Source of the DNA: Thermoanaerobaculia bacterium
GTDB lineage: Bacteria > Acidobacteriota > Thermoanaerobaculia > Multivoradales > UBA5704
NCBI GenBank assembly: GCA_036277075.1
Contig: DASUNQ010000108.1
Coordinates: 1-49,325 of the forward strand
Direction of reading: 5' to 3'
DNA: 49,325 bases
Of the stretch, positions 8,559 to 18,186 are shown piece after piece (positions within the stretch are counted from its first letter, which is position 1; every line of letters begins with the position of its first letter). The notes under the pieces were generated by a model, which saw nothing but the letters and a program-made list of their open reading frames with translations, made no database searches and was not told where the DNA came from. A program made the position numbers and the translations under genes.

Positions 8559-9532
8559 TCCCGGGAGTCCTCAGTGGGCGCCCGCAGTAGCCGAAGAAGC
8601 CCGGCCGTTGATAATCTCTGCGGGCAACTGAGCGCAAGGACAAGAGCGGAGGCCCACCGCGTCTTTTCGGGCGCGCGCAATCCGCATTGATATGGAATGA
8701 CCGCGTTCTTCAAACGATACAACAACGCTCCTCCAATTGCCGCTGCAAAAAGCGCGTCCTCAGGTAGGGGGCGGTAGCATTGGTACCCTGCAAGAAAATC
8801 CGAATGCAGTTCGCCGAGACTCGCCCCCACCGCACCACCATGAAGCAGAATATGCGCCGCCGCATACCCGATTTCCAGCAGACGGCTGCCGAAGTGGGCA
8901 TTGTCGAAATCGACAAACCCAACGTTACCTTCGGCACAAAGCATTATATTCTTTGGCGAGCAGTCCCCAAAGACGAACGCGCGCGGCCCTACCCGAGTAG
9001 ACGCCACAAGTCCGTCTAATCCCGGAAGCTTTTGGTAAAGCAGTTTCAGCCGCAGTTCGCGTTCAAAGAACGGCTCCTCGCCAGCCCCAGAGATAAACTC
9101 GTCAGTGGCGGAGTGAATCAATCCCAACAATGATCCAATCGATTGAGCTATGCCGGCGGGCATTACCCCACGTGTCATGATCGTCCGGGCCAGCGAAAAT
9201 CCTGCGACGCCAACCTCTGTAGCAACCATATGACGACCGAGCGTGTCAGCGTAAAGGAGGTTTGGCACGCGACCTTGTAGGTCTGGGATGCTACTGAGCA
9301 GGCGGAGAGCTGCCACTTCGCGCTCAATTGTCCCTCGTTCGCACGCGAGCGAGGGAAGACGAGCGTAGGTATCGCCGCGAATCTTTACGATGACGCGTCG
9401 CAGGCCGTCCAATGTTGTTGCCAGGTATACGAAGTGCACGAGTCCTCCCGCCAACCTACGAACATGTGCTGCTGATTGGAATACCTCCTCAGCAATTTGC
9501 CTTGCCTCAAGAAGCCGTCTATCTTTGCTCAT
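8555..9532 (-). CDS. APH/MtnK-like small-molecule kinase
   Basis: Catalytic-loop-like FGDCSPKNIML and Mg-binding-like GFVDFDNAHFGSRLLEIGY. 4-nt overlap with the downstream Ldh2 gene. Confidence 0.7.
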   Translation of the reverse strand: MSKDRRLLEARQIAEEVFQSAAHVRRLAGGLVHFVYLATTLDGLRRVIVKIRGDTYARLPSLACERGTIEREVAALRLLSSIPDLQGRVPNLLYADTLGRHMVATEVGVAGFSLARTIMTRGVMPAGIAQSIGSLLGLIHSATDEFISGAGEEPFFERELRLKLLYQKLPGLDGLVASTRVGPRAFVFGDCSPKNIMLCAEGNVGFVDFDNAHFGSRLLEIGYAAAHILLHGGAVGASLGELHSDFLAGYQCYRPLPEDALFAAAIGGALLYRLKNAVIPYQCGLRAPEKTRWASALVLALSCPQRLSTAGLLRLLRAPTEDSRE

Positions 9533-9538
9533 TTTCGG

Positions 9539-10972
9539 CTAGAGAGCTACTCTGCGGGAATGACTCCGTTTACCCTCGTTCCGGCTAGGATCCTCGGCTT
9601 CCTGCGCTAAGAGCTCATAGCACGCCGCATAGAGCCGATGCGTTAGCTCCTGTGATTCAATCGGGACAGGAAGACTAATCGCCTCTGCCTCCGTCACGAC
9701 GCCGGCCAACATCTTTATAAACTCCTCGACAAGCCGCTTTGGCGTCGTGGTCTCCGCTTCGTATGCGTCAGCGAAGAGAAGCTCTTCATAAGGTGGATTA
9801 GATAACATCGGATGTACCCATCGCTCGTATCTGATTGCTTGCTGCCCAAGCGCTACATCATTTTTAAGCAAGCGAATGCTCTGGCACGGTCCTTGATGTA
9901 GGTCGATGACGATCTGCGACATCCGTCCACCCTTTAGGTGGGCCCCAGGATTGGCGACGCTCGGACTTGGCCGGATAGTGCGCGCCGTATAGGAGGTGCG
10001 ATTGAAGGTATACGTGACGAGACCTAATGGCTTAAGCGCCTCGTCGAGCAAGTGCATCACAATTAGAAAATCTAACTCGGCGGCAGCAACGTTCTGCGGC
10101 AAAGCTTGATCGTGTCCGCTCTCAACTCGAAGGAGTTGGAAGAGCGGTCCGCTTGCGCCACTCGCGAGACAGTCCGCGACTCTGCAAACGTACGGACACT
10201 CGATCAAAAGAGTGGTGATGGCGCCCGGAGCAAGAGACAGGAACCACGCAATGACGTCTAGATAGTGATAGCTGGAAAATGATAGGGATCCACAGCCGTC
10301 AAGAAAGCCGTGAGCGCCTGAGGAACGATATTCGTCCGAAGTGAAGTGAACTCCCCCGGATACCGCGACGTTCAGGGACCGTACTGGGGCGCGTGTCGCA
10401 CCATACACAGAGGCGATCGCCGACGCGGCGAGAGCAAAGGGCGCGAGGTTACGCCGCCGAAGAAGCGTGGCGGCACGGAAGTGGTTATTGCGCGCGCGAG
10501 CACCCCTGATTAGATCCAATAAGATGGTGAAGCGAGTGCTGATTTCGTTGGCTGCTGCGAGTTGAGAGGAGCAATTCTCGACGACCACGATGGGTTTGTC
10601 GCAAAGGAAGGAGACTGCATTCCGCGCCGCCCAGCTACAGTAGGTGAAATGGGCTATCGGGTCAGTGCAGACGATGAGGAGATCAAGATGATGTGTGGCG
10701 TGCACACTATCAAGTTGCGCCAAAGCCTCGCTGATACCGTGACGTGCATCAACAAACGTCGGGCGGTGCACTGCAATCATCTGTTCGACTTGAGAGTGCC
10801 CGCGAGCTGCCGCGATGGCTAACGGGTCGCTAAGTTCGGCGATCGCGACTACGCGGAGGGGAATACCGGCAGCAGCGAGCTCATTGATAGCGGGCGCATG
10901 GCAGCGCTCTCCCCAGACGCCGGCAGCTCCAGCGATGGCGATGTTGAAGCGGGGCAGATAGCCAGGATGCAT
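9539..10972 (-). CDS. Gfo/Idh/MocA-like NAD(P)-dependent oxidoreductase
   Basis: N-terminal Rossmann segment FNIAIAGAAGVWG and the family-typical CDKP (EKP-like) motif. Long C-terminal alpha/beta domain. Confidence 0.65.
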   Translation of the reverse strand: MHPGYLPRFNIAIAGAAGVWGERCHAPAINELAAAGIPLRVVAIAELSDPLAIAAARGHSQVEQMIAVHRPTFVDARHGISEALAQLDSVHATHHLDLLIVCTDPIAHFTYCSWAARNAVSFLCDKPIVVVENCSSQLAAANEISTRFTILLDLIRGARARNNHFRAATLLRRRNLAPFALAASAIASVYGATRAPVRSLNVAVSGGVHFTSDEYRSSGAHGFLDGCGSLSFSSYHYLDVIAWFLSLAPGAITTLLIECPYVCRVADCLASGASGPLFQLLRVESGHDQALPQNVAAAELDFLIVMHLLDEALKPLGLVTYTFNRTSYTARTIRPSPSVANPGAHLKGGRMSQIVIDLHQGPCQSIRLLKNDVALGQQAIRYERWVHPMLSNPPYEELLFADAYEAETTTPKRLVEEFIKMLAGVVTEAEAISLPVPIESQELTHRLYAACYELLAQEAEDPSRNEGKRSHSRRVAL

Positions 10973-11260
10973 TGGCAGAGTCCTCCGCTCGAGGCGGCAA
11001 CATGACTACCGTAGAATCGTAAGCGTCAAAGCTGCTGGCGATCGCCTGGCGCCTCTTCCTTCCCCGTCGCTTCAGTGAAGTCGCCTTCGTAACTGCCGAA
11101 GTATAAGCGGAGTCTTTGCAGGAGTGGGCGCCGGTCGGCGCCTGGACATCCGGGGATGGGGACCGTCGAGGTGCCGTGCATCGGCACCCACCTACTCGCG
11201 TAGGCGCTGAGCCTAGATGGCGTGCTCTTCGTAGGAGGCGGGCTGGCGTACGCTTCGACT

Positions 11261-11285
11261 AAACAAAGGACCCCGGATGGGGTCC
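11261..11285 (-). terminator. Rho-independent terminator of the SymE-like gene
   Basis: On the minus strand GGACCCC-ATCC-GGGGTCC (7-bp perfect stem) is followed by TTTGTTT. The stem overlaps the stop codon. Confidence 0.7.
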
Positions 11286-11884
11286 TATAAGGATGCTAGC
11301 TCTCCGGCGATTGCCGAGGCTGGTGGAAGCGTCAGCTCGAGCTGATCGGAAAGAGGTGCAATGCCGGCTCTATGTAGGCGTGCCGTCTCCATCCGCGCCC
11401 GCTCTCGCCAGAGCTCCCGCTCCAGCTCTTCCTCGGTGAGCTTGGCTACCGCGGCGAGTGAGTCAATCGCAGGGGCGAGACAGTCGGCGACGATGCACTC
11501 GATAGCGCCGAGGATCTCGGCGGCCAAATCCGGCGCCATCTCCTCCTCGAGCGTGCCGTCGTGCAGCTCCGGCACTGGCAGGCCGTCGTGGACTTCATTG
11601 AGGGCCCGCACGATGCCTTCCAGCTTCTCGGCGAGGGCGCCGAGGACTTCCTGTGCTTCGGGCACGGAGTAGTTCGTCTTCGGCGTGCGGCCGGTAAGGG
11701 TCAGCGACAAGGTGCCCAGGACGACGTCGACCGCCATCTTCTGCCCTGTGCCGAACCCTGCTCGTGCGAGCCAGTGACCCCGAAGGCGGATCATGGGGAC
11801 CGTGGCCTCCGGGCCGCCTGAGCGAGCCCACTTGATCTCCCGGTGAACGCCGCAGAGACCGACCGTCAGAGTCTTTCGCTTCAT
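11285..11884 (-). CDS. SymE/AbrB-fold domain protein with an acidic helical C-terminal extension
   Basis: ORF 11285..12091. The ATG at 11884 follows GGAGG. IRLRGHWLARAGFGTGQKMAVDVVLGTLSL matches the SymE-toxin/SpoVT-AbrB swapped-hairpin pattern. The C-terminal roughly 120 aa are Glu/Leu/Ala-rich. Confidence 0.65.
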   Translation of the reverse strand: MKRKTLTVGLCGVHREIKWARSGGPEATVPMIRLRGHWLARAGFGTGQKMAVDVVLGTLSLTLTGRTPKTNYSVPEAQEVLGALAEKLEGIVRALNEVHDGLPVPELHDGTLEEEMAPDLAAEILGAIECIVADCLAPAIDSLAAVAKLTEEELERELWRERARMETARLHRAGIAPLSDQLELTLPPASAIAGELASL

Positions 11885-12353
11885 GCGTTCCTCCAAGTAG
11901 AAGTGCCGGGCCACCGGGCGCATGCCTGCGGCAATTGCCGCGGCGGCCCGGTGTTCCCTTCCTCGCGGGTCGTGCGTTGTCGCGTCCGTCCTAGATCTCC
12001 GCACCTCCGCTCTAGTAATCCTCGGCGGATTCATTCCGCCGGGAACGTGAAAAGGTCTCGCACCCGCGAGGATGCGAGGGTGACTGCTCAAGTTGGGGGG
12101 AGAAGGCGTGAAAGTGCTATCTGGAGACCAGCGTAGACGGGGAGCTTAGGTCTGGATAGACGGCGGAACCTGCCGAGGTCGGCGCACTTGTTACACAGGA
12201 CTGCTCGTCACCAGTTCTGTCGGTAGTCGGCCTGCTCTGGGGGTAGAATGGATAAATGAGGAGCGCGTTCTCTGGTATGAACCTTCACCCGCTCGATCGA
12301 CTGGAGGTCGTGCTCTGCCATCGGGAGTTGTAGGGCGGCCTTTCGGAGGCGGC

Positions 12354-14717
12354 ATGCCTGCCTCTGACTGCAACCTATCGTTTGAGGGGGCGCTGGCCCG
12401 CGTCGTATTGCGGGACGGCCTTGAGCGGGTCCGCCTCTGTCCTCCCGATCTGGTACTGGCCGATCTCGCTCGCCGTCTTGCTCTCTCTCAAGGCTCGGCT
12501 GTGCTCGCACGCGTGGAGATCCCGCGAGGCGCTCACGATCTCGCTGTGGCGCTCGCAATGGAGGCCCAACTGGCACGCCTGCGGGACCGCAACGAGGCCC
12601 GCTCGACAGCCGTGACGGGCTCCATCATCGTCGTCGGTACTGATACGGCAGTTCAAGCCCGACTCGGCAAGGTCTCGGTTCAGGGAATCTCGCTCGACAA
12701 AGGCCTCCGCGTGGGTCGGATTCGGGGCGACGGTCGCATCGTTCTGCCTGGTTGCGATCCCCTAAGGTTCCAGCCAGGGCGAGGCGCGCTCTTGTACCTC
12801 AACACGCGTGTCGGCTGGCCTCGCCTGCCGGGCGAGCGGGACGGTCTCGTGTTGATCGACCGGACTTCGTTCGCCGCTCTTGACCTCCTAGACGGGGCGC
12901 TTCGATGGGCACGGGAGCACGGCGCACGGCACATCCTCGTGCTCCATGACCAAGGGGACATGGAAGCACGACAGCCTGCCGACCTGGCATGGACCCTTGA
13001 CTGCGCCACGCTTGCGGCTCTAGACGCGCCGGCCTGGGCGGTCCGTGATCGCCTGCCTGCATCCGGTCTTACTCTTATACGGCTCGTGGCAGGGCAAGCT
13101 CCCAGGATAGGCATCGCGCACGTTGGTGCGTCGGTTATCGAGACGTTATCTTCCTCGATTCACGGGCATATTGTCGCCGCGCGGCGAATTGCTAACCGGC
13201 TGCCGTACCCGCTCTTTGCCGCTGCGCGTTTGCTCGGGACCGCCAACGCGCTAGGAGGGCAGGTGAGGACGCACGATCAAACAGCCGCGCTCATGCCCCG
13301 CGCCCAACCACTGGGTGACCTCGCGCGCGCTGTGGAAGGTGGCCACAATCGCCTTGAGGGCTCCTGGGCCGGGTACCGGGAGACTCGCTATGCGGCTCTC
13401 CAAGCCGATGTCACACGCCTTTTCTCTGCACTGGACGTGGCAAATCCAAAATTCGAGGCTTTGGTGTTTCTGCTCGACGACTTGCGCCGCAGGCAGATCC
13501 CGCCGGCTGTAGTGGTCCGGGCGTCGGATGATGCTGCCGCATTAGCCCTCGAGGAAGATCTGTTCGAGTTCGATGCTGATCTGGCCGAGGGGGTCCATGT
13601 TGTGTCCTTGCGCCAGCGTCTCCCCTGGGCGGCCAACGGGATCGTTGAGGTCCTTACCGGTCTACCGCCGCCTTGGCGGCGGGACGCGCTCTGGTCAGGT
13701 GAGGCCCGGGAGCGGATCGTCGTCGCATACGGTTGGGAGGCCGCCGTGCTGCAGCGTGTTGCTGAGGAGGAGTCGGCGCGGGTTCGCGACCGAATACCGC
13801 CAGCCCTCGCCGTCACCGCTTCGTCCGTCACTAGGCCAACGTCCATACCGACCGTGTTTCGGCGCGAGCAGCGGGCGACGCCCGGCGACGCTACATTTCG
13901 CACTTTCGATCTCGACCTCACCGAGGTCATCGGTGACTTGGAGCCGGAACCCTACGTGGCGGTGCGAACCGATTCCCGCGGGAGGAGCACATGGCCGGTC
14001 CTGGTCCGTCCAGTGACGCTCTCGCCTGATGGAGCAGTCTGGTTGGTACCGGAGGAGGTGGATGTCGAGGTCCTGCTCGGCGACAGGTTTCGTCATCTGC
14101 GCGCGGCTCACCTGAAGCACGGAGACAACGTAATCGTCCCGCGTGGCTCCGGGCGTGAATCGCTCTTCGCTCGTGCGCTCGCGGTGGTCAAGGGGCAAGG
14201 GGCATACGTTGACGTCGAATTCATACTCGGCCGCTGGAGACGGGCTTGTCGCGCGCTGCTCAAGAAGGCTGGAACACCTCAACGAGCTCGGCGCATGCTC
14301 ACCGATGAGAGCGCGACAACATCCACGCAGCTAGAGGCATGGGCCGACGGCACAACGCTGGCGCCCAATGACTGTGAGGACATGGCCAGAGTCGCACGCC
14401 TCGCCGGGGACGAGTGGCTCCTTCAAAACTGGAAACGGGTGGCCACGCTGGTCCGGCAGGTCCGTGGCAGCCACATCAGCCTCGGTCATACGATCTCAGG
14501 CGCTATGCGTGAGACGGTTGCTGGCCGCGGGCCGAATCTCGACAGGTTGGCCGATCTGCTCGGCGTGGATGCCGCGGCGATCCTCGACGAGTTTGACGCG
14601 CGTATCGTCGAGTCTGTCTCTGATCCGATCTGTGTTCCGGCCGCCGTGGCGGGCGCGGTCGTTCCAGCCGGCTCGTTGCTGGTCAACATCTGCGAAATCG
14701 AACCAGGGGGCCCATAG
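12354..14717 (+). CDS. Large uncharacterised protein, first gene of the DISARM-like operon
   Basis: 787-aa ORF with coding-like composition. Its stop TAG (14715-14717) abuts the ATG of the helicase gene (TAGATG). I recognised no Walker A, PLD or methylase motif. Confidence 0.7.
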   Translation: MPASDCNLSFEGALARVVLRDGLERVRLCPPDLVLADLARRLALSQGSAVLARVEIPRGAHDLAVALAMEAQLARLRDRNEARSTAVTGSIIVVGTDTAVQARLGKVSVQGISLDKGLRVGRIRGDGRIVLPGCDPLRFQPGRGALLYLNTRVGWPRLPGERDGLVLIDRTSFAALDLLDGALRWAREHGARHILVLHDQGDMEARQPADLAWTLDCATLAALDAPAWAVRDRLPASGLTLIRLVAGQAPRIGIAHVGASVIETLSSSIHGHIVAARRIANRLPYPLFAAARLLGTANALGGQVRTHDQTAALMPRAQPLGDLARAVEGGHNRLEGSWAGYRETRYAALQADVTRLFSALDVANPKFEALVFLLDDLRRRQIPPAVVVRASDDAAALALEEDLFEFDADLAEGVHVVSLRQRLPWAANGIVEVLTGLPPPWRRDALWSGEARERIVVAYGWEAAVLQRVAEEESARVRDRIPPALAVTASSVTRPTSIPTVFRREQRATPGDATFRTFDLDLTEVIGDLEPEPYVAVRTDSRGRSTWPVLVRPVTLSPDGAVWLVPEEVDVEVLLGDRFRHLRAAHLKHGDNVIVPRGSGRESLFARALAVVKGQGAYVDVEFILGRWRRACRALLKKAGTPQRARRMLTDESATTSTQLEAWADGTTLAPNDCEDMARVARLAGDEWLLQNWKRVATLVRQVRGSHISLGHTISGAMRETVAGRGPNLDRLADLLGVDAAAILDEFDARIVESVSDPICVPAAVAGAVVPAGSLLVNICEIEPGGP

Positions 14718-17700
14718 ATGTCCTCGATAGTCATCCCTCGAGCCGTCCCACCGATAGCGTCAGCACTCATCTCAGACGTTGTGGGGCAGGGCCAGCAAAA
14801 CAGGCTTGAGTGCTCGGTTCTCAGGGCTATTATCGCTCGTGTAGTTGAACGGCTGAGTAACCGTGCGGGTGAGCGGATGGCACCCCCATGGAATCCCGTT
14901 CAGCAGGTCCGGATCGGGGTACTGCGACCAGTCGAGGCTGACGAGGCCCGCGGCGCAGTTGACGGCTCAAGGATAGGTATCGACTTCGTCGCTCGCAGCA
15001 CCGAAGGCATCGAGTTACTAGACCTGGAGATCGATGTCTCCTTCGCGCTGTACCAGCCTCTCTGGCCCACACGCCTGGAGGTTCTCGAGGCCGCTCGGCG
15101 CGAAGGCGATGAAGAAGCTGGTGTCGGCAGCACCGGAGCCGCTCAAGGACGACACGACCTTAGGCTCCCGATCACGGAGGCGTGGCAGCGCTCGAACGTC
15201 TTCGCTACTGGGTTGCGCCTTGGGGTTCCCGTAAATGGTACGCATGCGGGCCCCGAACTCGCCAACGCCTTGGATGCTGCCGTCCGCGACGCAGTGAGCG
15301 TCCATTTTGGGCGCTCTGATGCGGCGCGACCGTTTGCTTCACCTGGTCGAACGGTGCCGCTATCAGCCCTAAACACTGATGAACGCTATGCGGAGGCATT
15401 GCGTGCACGCGTCGATGGCGCGTGGATGCCCCAGATCCCGGCCGCGCGCCTTCACGCTTTCGTCGAGGAAATGCCCAACGGTAACCTTCTGGTCTCCGTG
15501 TCTCTCGTGAATCAGACGCAGCCCCGGGAGGGAGATCGTCTTCAGGATCTGAACTTGTATGACGCTCGGATAGAAGCACGAGTGGTCGCAGGCGGACATT
15601 TGGAGCCACAACGATTTCACCTCGCTCCCGACGACTACCGGCAGGAAGATCTTGCAGAAATTATAGGCCACGGTCGCGGCTGCGTGGCAATTTCTGCGGC
15701 CGACGACGGCGTTGCGACCGAGACACTTCCATTGCACATTCAACGAGTAGTGAGACACCGCACTGAGCACCTGCCAGAACTCAGTTGGAGCAAACTCGAC
15801 GACGATCCATTCCCGATCCTATCGCAGGTTGAAGACGCGATGCGAGCATACCTACGAGAATGGGACGCCTTTCTGCCTGGGCTCGGCCCCGAGGCTCGGC
15901 TCGCTTCGGAGCGAGATCGCAACGATTTCGACGCGGAGACGAGGCGATTTGCCGGCGGTCGTGCTCTCTTGGGTGATGATGCGGAGCTCCTACGGGCATT
16001 CCGGCTCGCGAACCGCGTCTTTGCGCGCGCTGGTGCGGCCCGTGGGCATACGTCGTGGCGGCCGTTCCAGCTGGTGTACCTCATTGAACACTTGGCGGCA
16101 GTGGCGGCGCGCCGTCACCGGCACCGAGCCGATCTTCTGGAGGAGCTAAAATCTGTTGATGTGCTTTGGTTCCCAACGGGCGGAGGGAAAACGGAAGCCT
16201 ATTTAGGACTGATTGTGGTCGCTCTCTTTTACGACCGGTTCCGCGGCAAGGATCGTGGTACCACGGCACTGCTGCGCTTCCCGCTCCGCATGCTCTCCGC
16301 GCAACAACTTGATCGCGTTCTCCGCGTGCTGACGGTAGCCGATGATGTGCGCCACGCCGAGCGGATCGCTGGTGCACCATTCGAGCTCGGGTACTTAGTC
16401 GGTGGTGGCAACACTCCGAATGCACTCCGATACGAACAGGGGTGGTGGCCGGGTATGGCGAACGCCGAGCGGCTGACAGAGAGCGATCGGCGCCGTCATC
16501 GGCTCATCGCCGGATGTCCATTCTGCGGCGCCAAAGACGCAGTGCGATTGGCGGCGGACGCGATCCGATACCGGCTCCTACATAAGTGTACAGCTTGCAA
16601 TGCGGAGTTGCCGCTTCATGTCAGCGACGACGAGGTCTACCGCTATCAGCCAGCCGTCATCGTGTCCACGGTTGACAAAGTCGTTGGCCTGGCCCACTTC
16701 GGGGAGTTCACTTCATTCGCGCATGGGCCCGCCGGTCGCTGTCCCGATCACGGATACTTTGTCTTCGGCGGCTGTGGGGCCGAGGGCTGCACCCGGGCAG
16801 TCCGGGAGCTAGAGCGCGTGACTGGCTGGCATGATCCCGTTCCGACGCTAGTCATCCAGGATGAACTACACCTCGTGGCCGAAGAGCTGGGTGTGTTCGC
16901 TGCCCACTTTGAGTCTCTTCTCGCCGAGATTCAGTGTGCTGGCCCGTCTGGGCTGCCACCGAAAATACTGGCTGCCAGCGCTACCATTGAGGGATTCGAC
17001 GATCAGGTTAGACAAGTGTACGGGCGACGCCCTCGCCGTTTCCCGTCGCCAGGTTTTGAGCGAAGATGGAGTTTTTACACACTCGAGACACCCGATGTTC
17101 GCCGTGCCTTCCTCGGCGTCATGCCGACCGGCGGCGGCACCAGCCGGGTCGAGATCGCGGGCCGCATCCAGGTGGAGCTTGTTCGTGCCGTGCAGGATCT
17201 CGAGGATGATCCGTCGCCACTGCGTATCGACGCGGAGGCCGCGCTGGGCCGTGTCCCTTTGGATGACGAGCTACGTACACTGCTCTTCGACTACGAAGTC
17301 TCGCTTGGGTATGTCAACCGCCGTGCGGATGGCGCTCGCATGTCGGATGACCTGCGTTCTCTCGACCGGCAGCTGGAGGCAGAGAGCCAGGACGGGCTCC
17401 GCCACGAGTTGCTGACGGGTGATGTCCCGATCACGGAACTCGCGTCCGCGATCGCCCAGATCGAGCACGCACGGCCGACTGATCTGCGGCGAGAGCGCCT
17501 CCGCGCTCTCGTTGGCACATCGGTCCTCTCCCATGGTGTCGACCTCGAACGGCTAAATCTCATGACGATGACTGGGATGCCGGCAACGATCGCTGACTAC
17601 ATCCAGTCAACGAGCCGAGCCGGGCGAGCCCACGCGGGCCTGGTCGTGACGGTCTTCGATCATTTCGCGCTCCGCGAAGCCTCTACGTTCTCGCATTTTC

Positions 17701-18170
17701 TCTCGACCCATCTCTTCCTGGATCGCCTGGTCGAGCAGGTACCTGTGAACAAGTACGCCCGCTTGGCTATCGATCGGACCCTTTCGACAATCGTAATGGC
17801 ATTGTTATGGGATCTCGCCCGCGATCCTTTGCTGCGAGCGCCATCCAATGGTATTCGCTACACGCGCGATTTTCGACCTTGGTGGATCAGTGGGGCGGCT
17901 GATATTCAGCCGCGCCTCGCGGAGCGCTTACGCCGCGCGCTCCGATCAGCGGTCCCCGAGGTGGCTGATAGCGGGCTCGAGGCCCGGCTGGTCCGTTGGG
18001 GTGAAGAGCGCTGGGAAAGGCACGAGCTTCCTTCGCTTCAGTCCTTCCGAAGCCGGCTCGTCAAGGACTGCTTTGCCATGCGCGTCCTGACGAGCCTACG
18101 GGACGTTGACGAACCGGCTACATTCGGTGCCGATTCCCGCCATGGGCCGGCCTTCGAGGCCCTTCGCTGA
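14718..18170 (+). CDS. drmA: DrmA-like SF2 DExH helicase
   Basis: Motif I FPTGGGKTEAYLG, motif II LVIQDELH, motif VI YIQSTSRAGR. It sits immediately upstream of a DUF1998 gene, the DISARM core arrangement. Confidence 0.8.
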   Translation: MSSIVIPRAVPPIASALISDVVGQGQQNRLECSVLRAIIARVVERLSNRAGERMAPPWNPVQQVRIGVLRPVEADEARGAVDGSRIGIDFVARSTEGIELLDLEIDVSFALYQPLWPTRLEVLEAARREGDEEAGVGSTGAAQGRHDLRLPITEAWQRSNVFATGLRLGVPVNGTHAGPELANALDAAVRDAVSVHFGRSDAARPFASPGRTVPLSALNTDERYAEALRARVDGAWMPQIPAARLHAFVEEMPNGNLLVSVSLVNQTQPREGDRLQDLNLYDARIEARVVAGGHLEPQRFHLAPDDYRQEDLAEIIGHGRGCVAISAADDGVATETLPLHIQRVVRHRTEHLPELSWSKLDDDPFPILSQVEDAMRAYLREWDAFLPGLGPEARLASERDRNDFDAETRRFAGGRALLGDDAELLRAFRLANRVFARAGAARGHTSWRPFQLVYLIEHLAAVAARRHRHRADLLEELKSVDVLWFPTGGGKTEAYLGLIVVALFYDRFRGKDRGTTALLRFPLRMLSAQQLDRVLRVLTVADDVRHAERIAGAPFELGYLVGGGNTPNALRYEQGWWPGMANAERLTESDRRRHRLIAGCPFCGAKDAVRLAADAIRYRLLHKCTACNAELPLHVSDDEVYRYQPAVIVSTVDKVVGLAHFGEFTSFAHGPAGRCPDHGYFVFGGCGAEGCTRAVRELERVTGWHDPVPTLVIQDELHLVAEELGVFAAHFESLLAEIQCAGPSGLPPKILAASATIEGFDDQVRQVYGRRPRRFPSPGFERRWSFYTLETPDVRRAFLGVMPTGGGTSRVEIAGRIQVELVRAVQDLEDDPSPLRIDAEAALGRVPLDDELRTLLFDYEVSLGYVNRRADGARMSDDLRSLDRQLEAESQDGLRHELLTGDVPITELASAIAQIEHARPTDLRRERLRALVGTSVLSHGVDLERLNLMTMTGMPATIADYIQSTSRAGRAHAGLVVTVFDHFALREASTFSHFLSTHLFLDRLVEQVPVNKYARLAIDRTLSTIVMALLWDLARDPLLRAPSNGIRYTRDFRPWWISGAADIQPRLAERLRRALRSAVPEVADSGLEARLVRWGEERWERHELPSLQSFRSRLVKDCFAMRVLTSLRDVDEPATFGADSRHGPAFEALR

Positions 18171-18186
18171 CCTGGGAGAGGAAGTT

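Noticed and set aside
12208-12321. 37-codon minus-strand ORF (MAEHDLQSIERVKVH...) and a TAGAAT hexamer in the region upstream of the DISARM-like operon
   Set aside because: There is no RBS and no properly spaced -35 element, and the ORF is too short to distinguish from chance.
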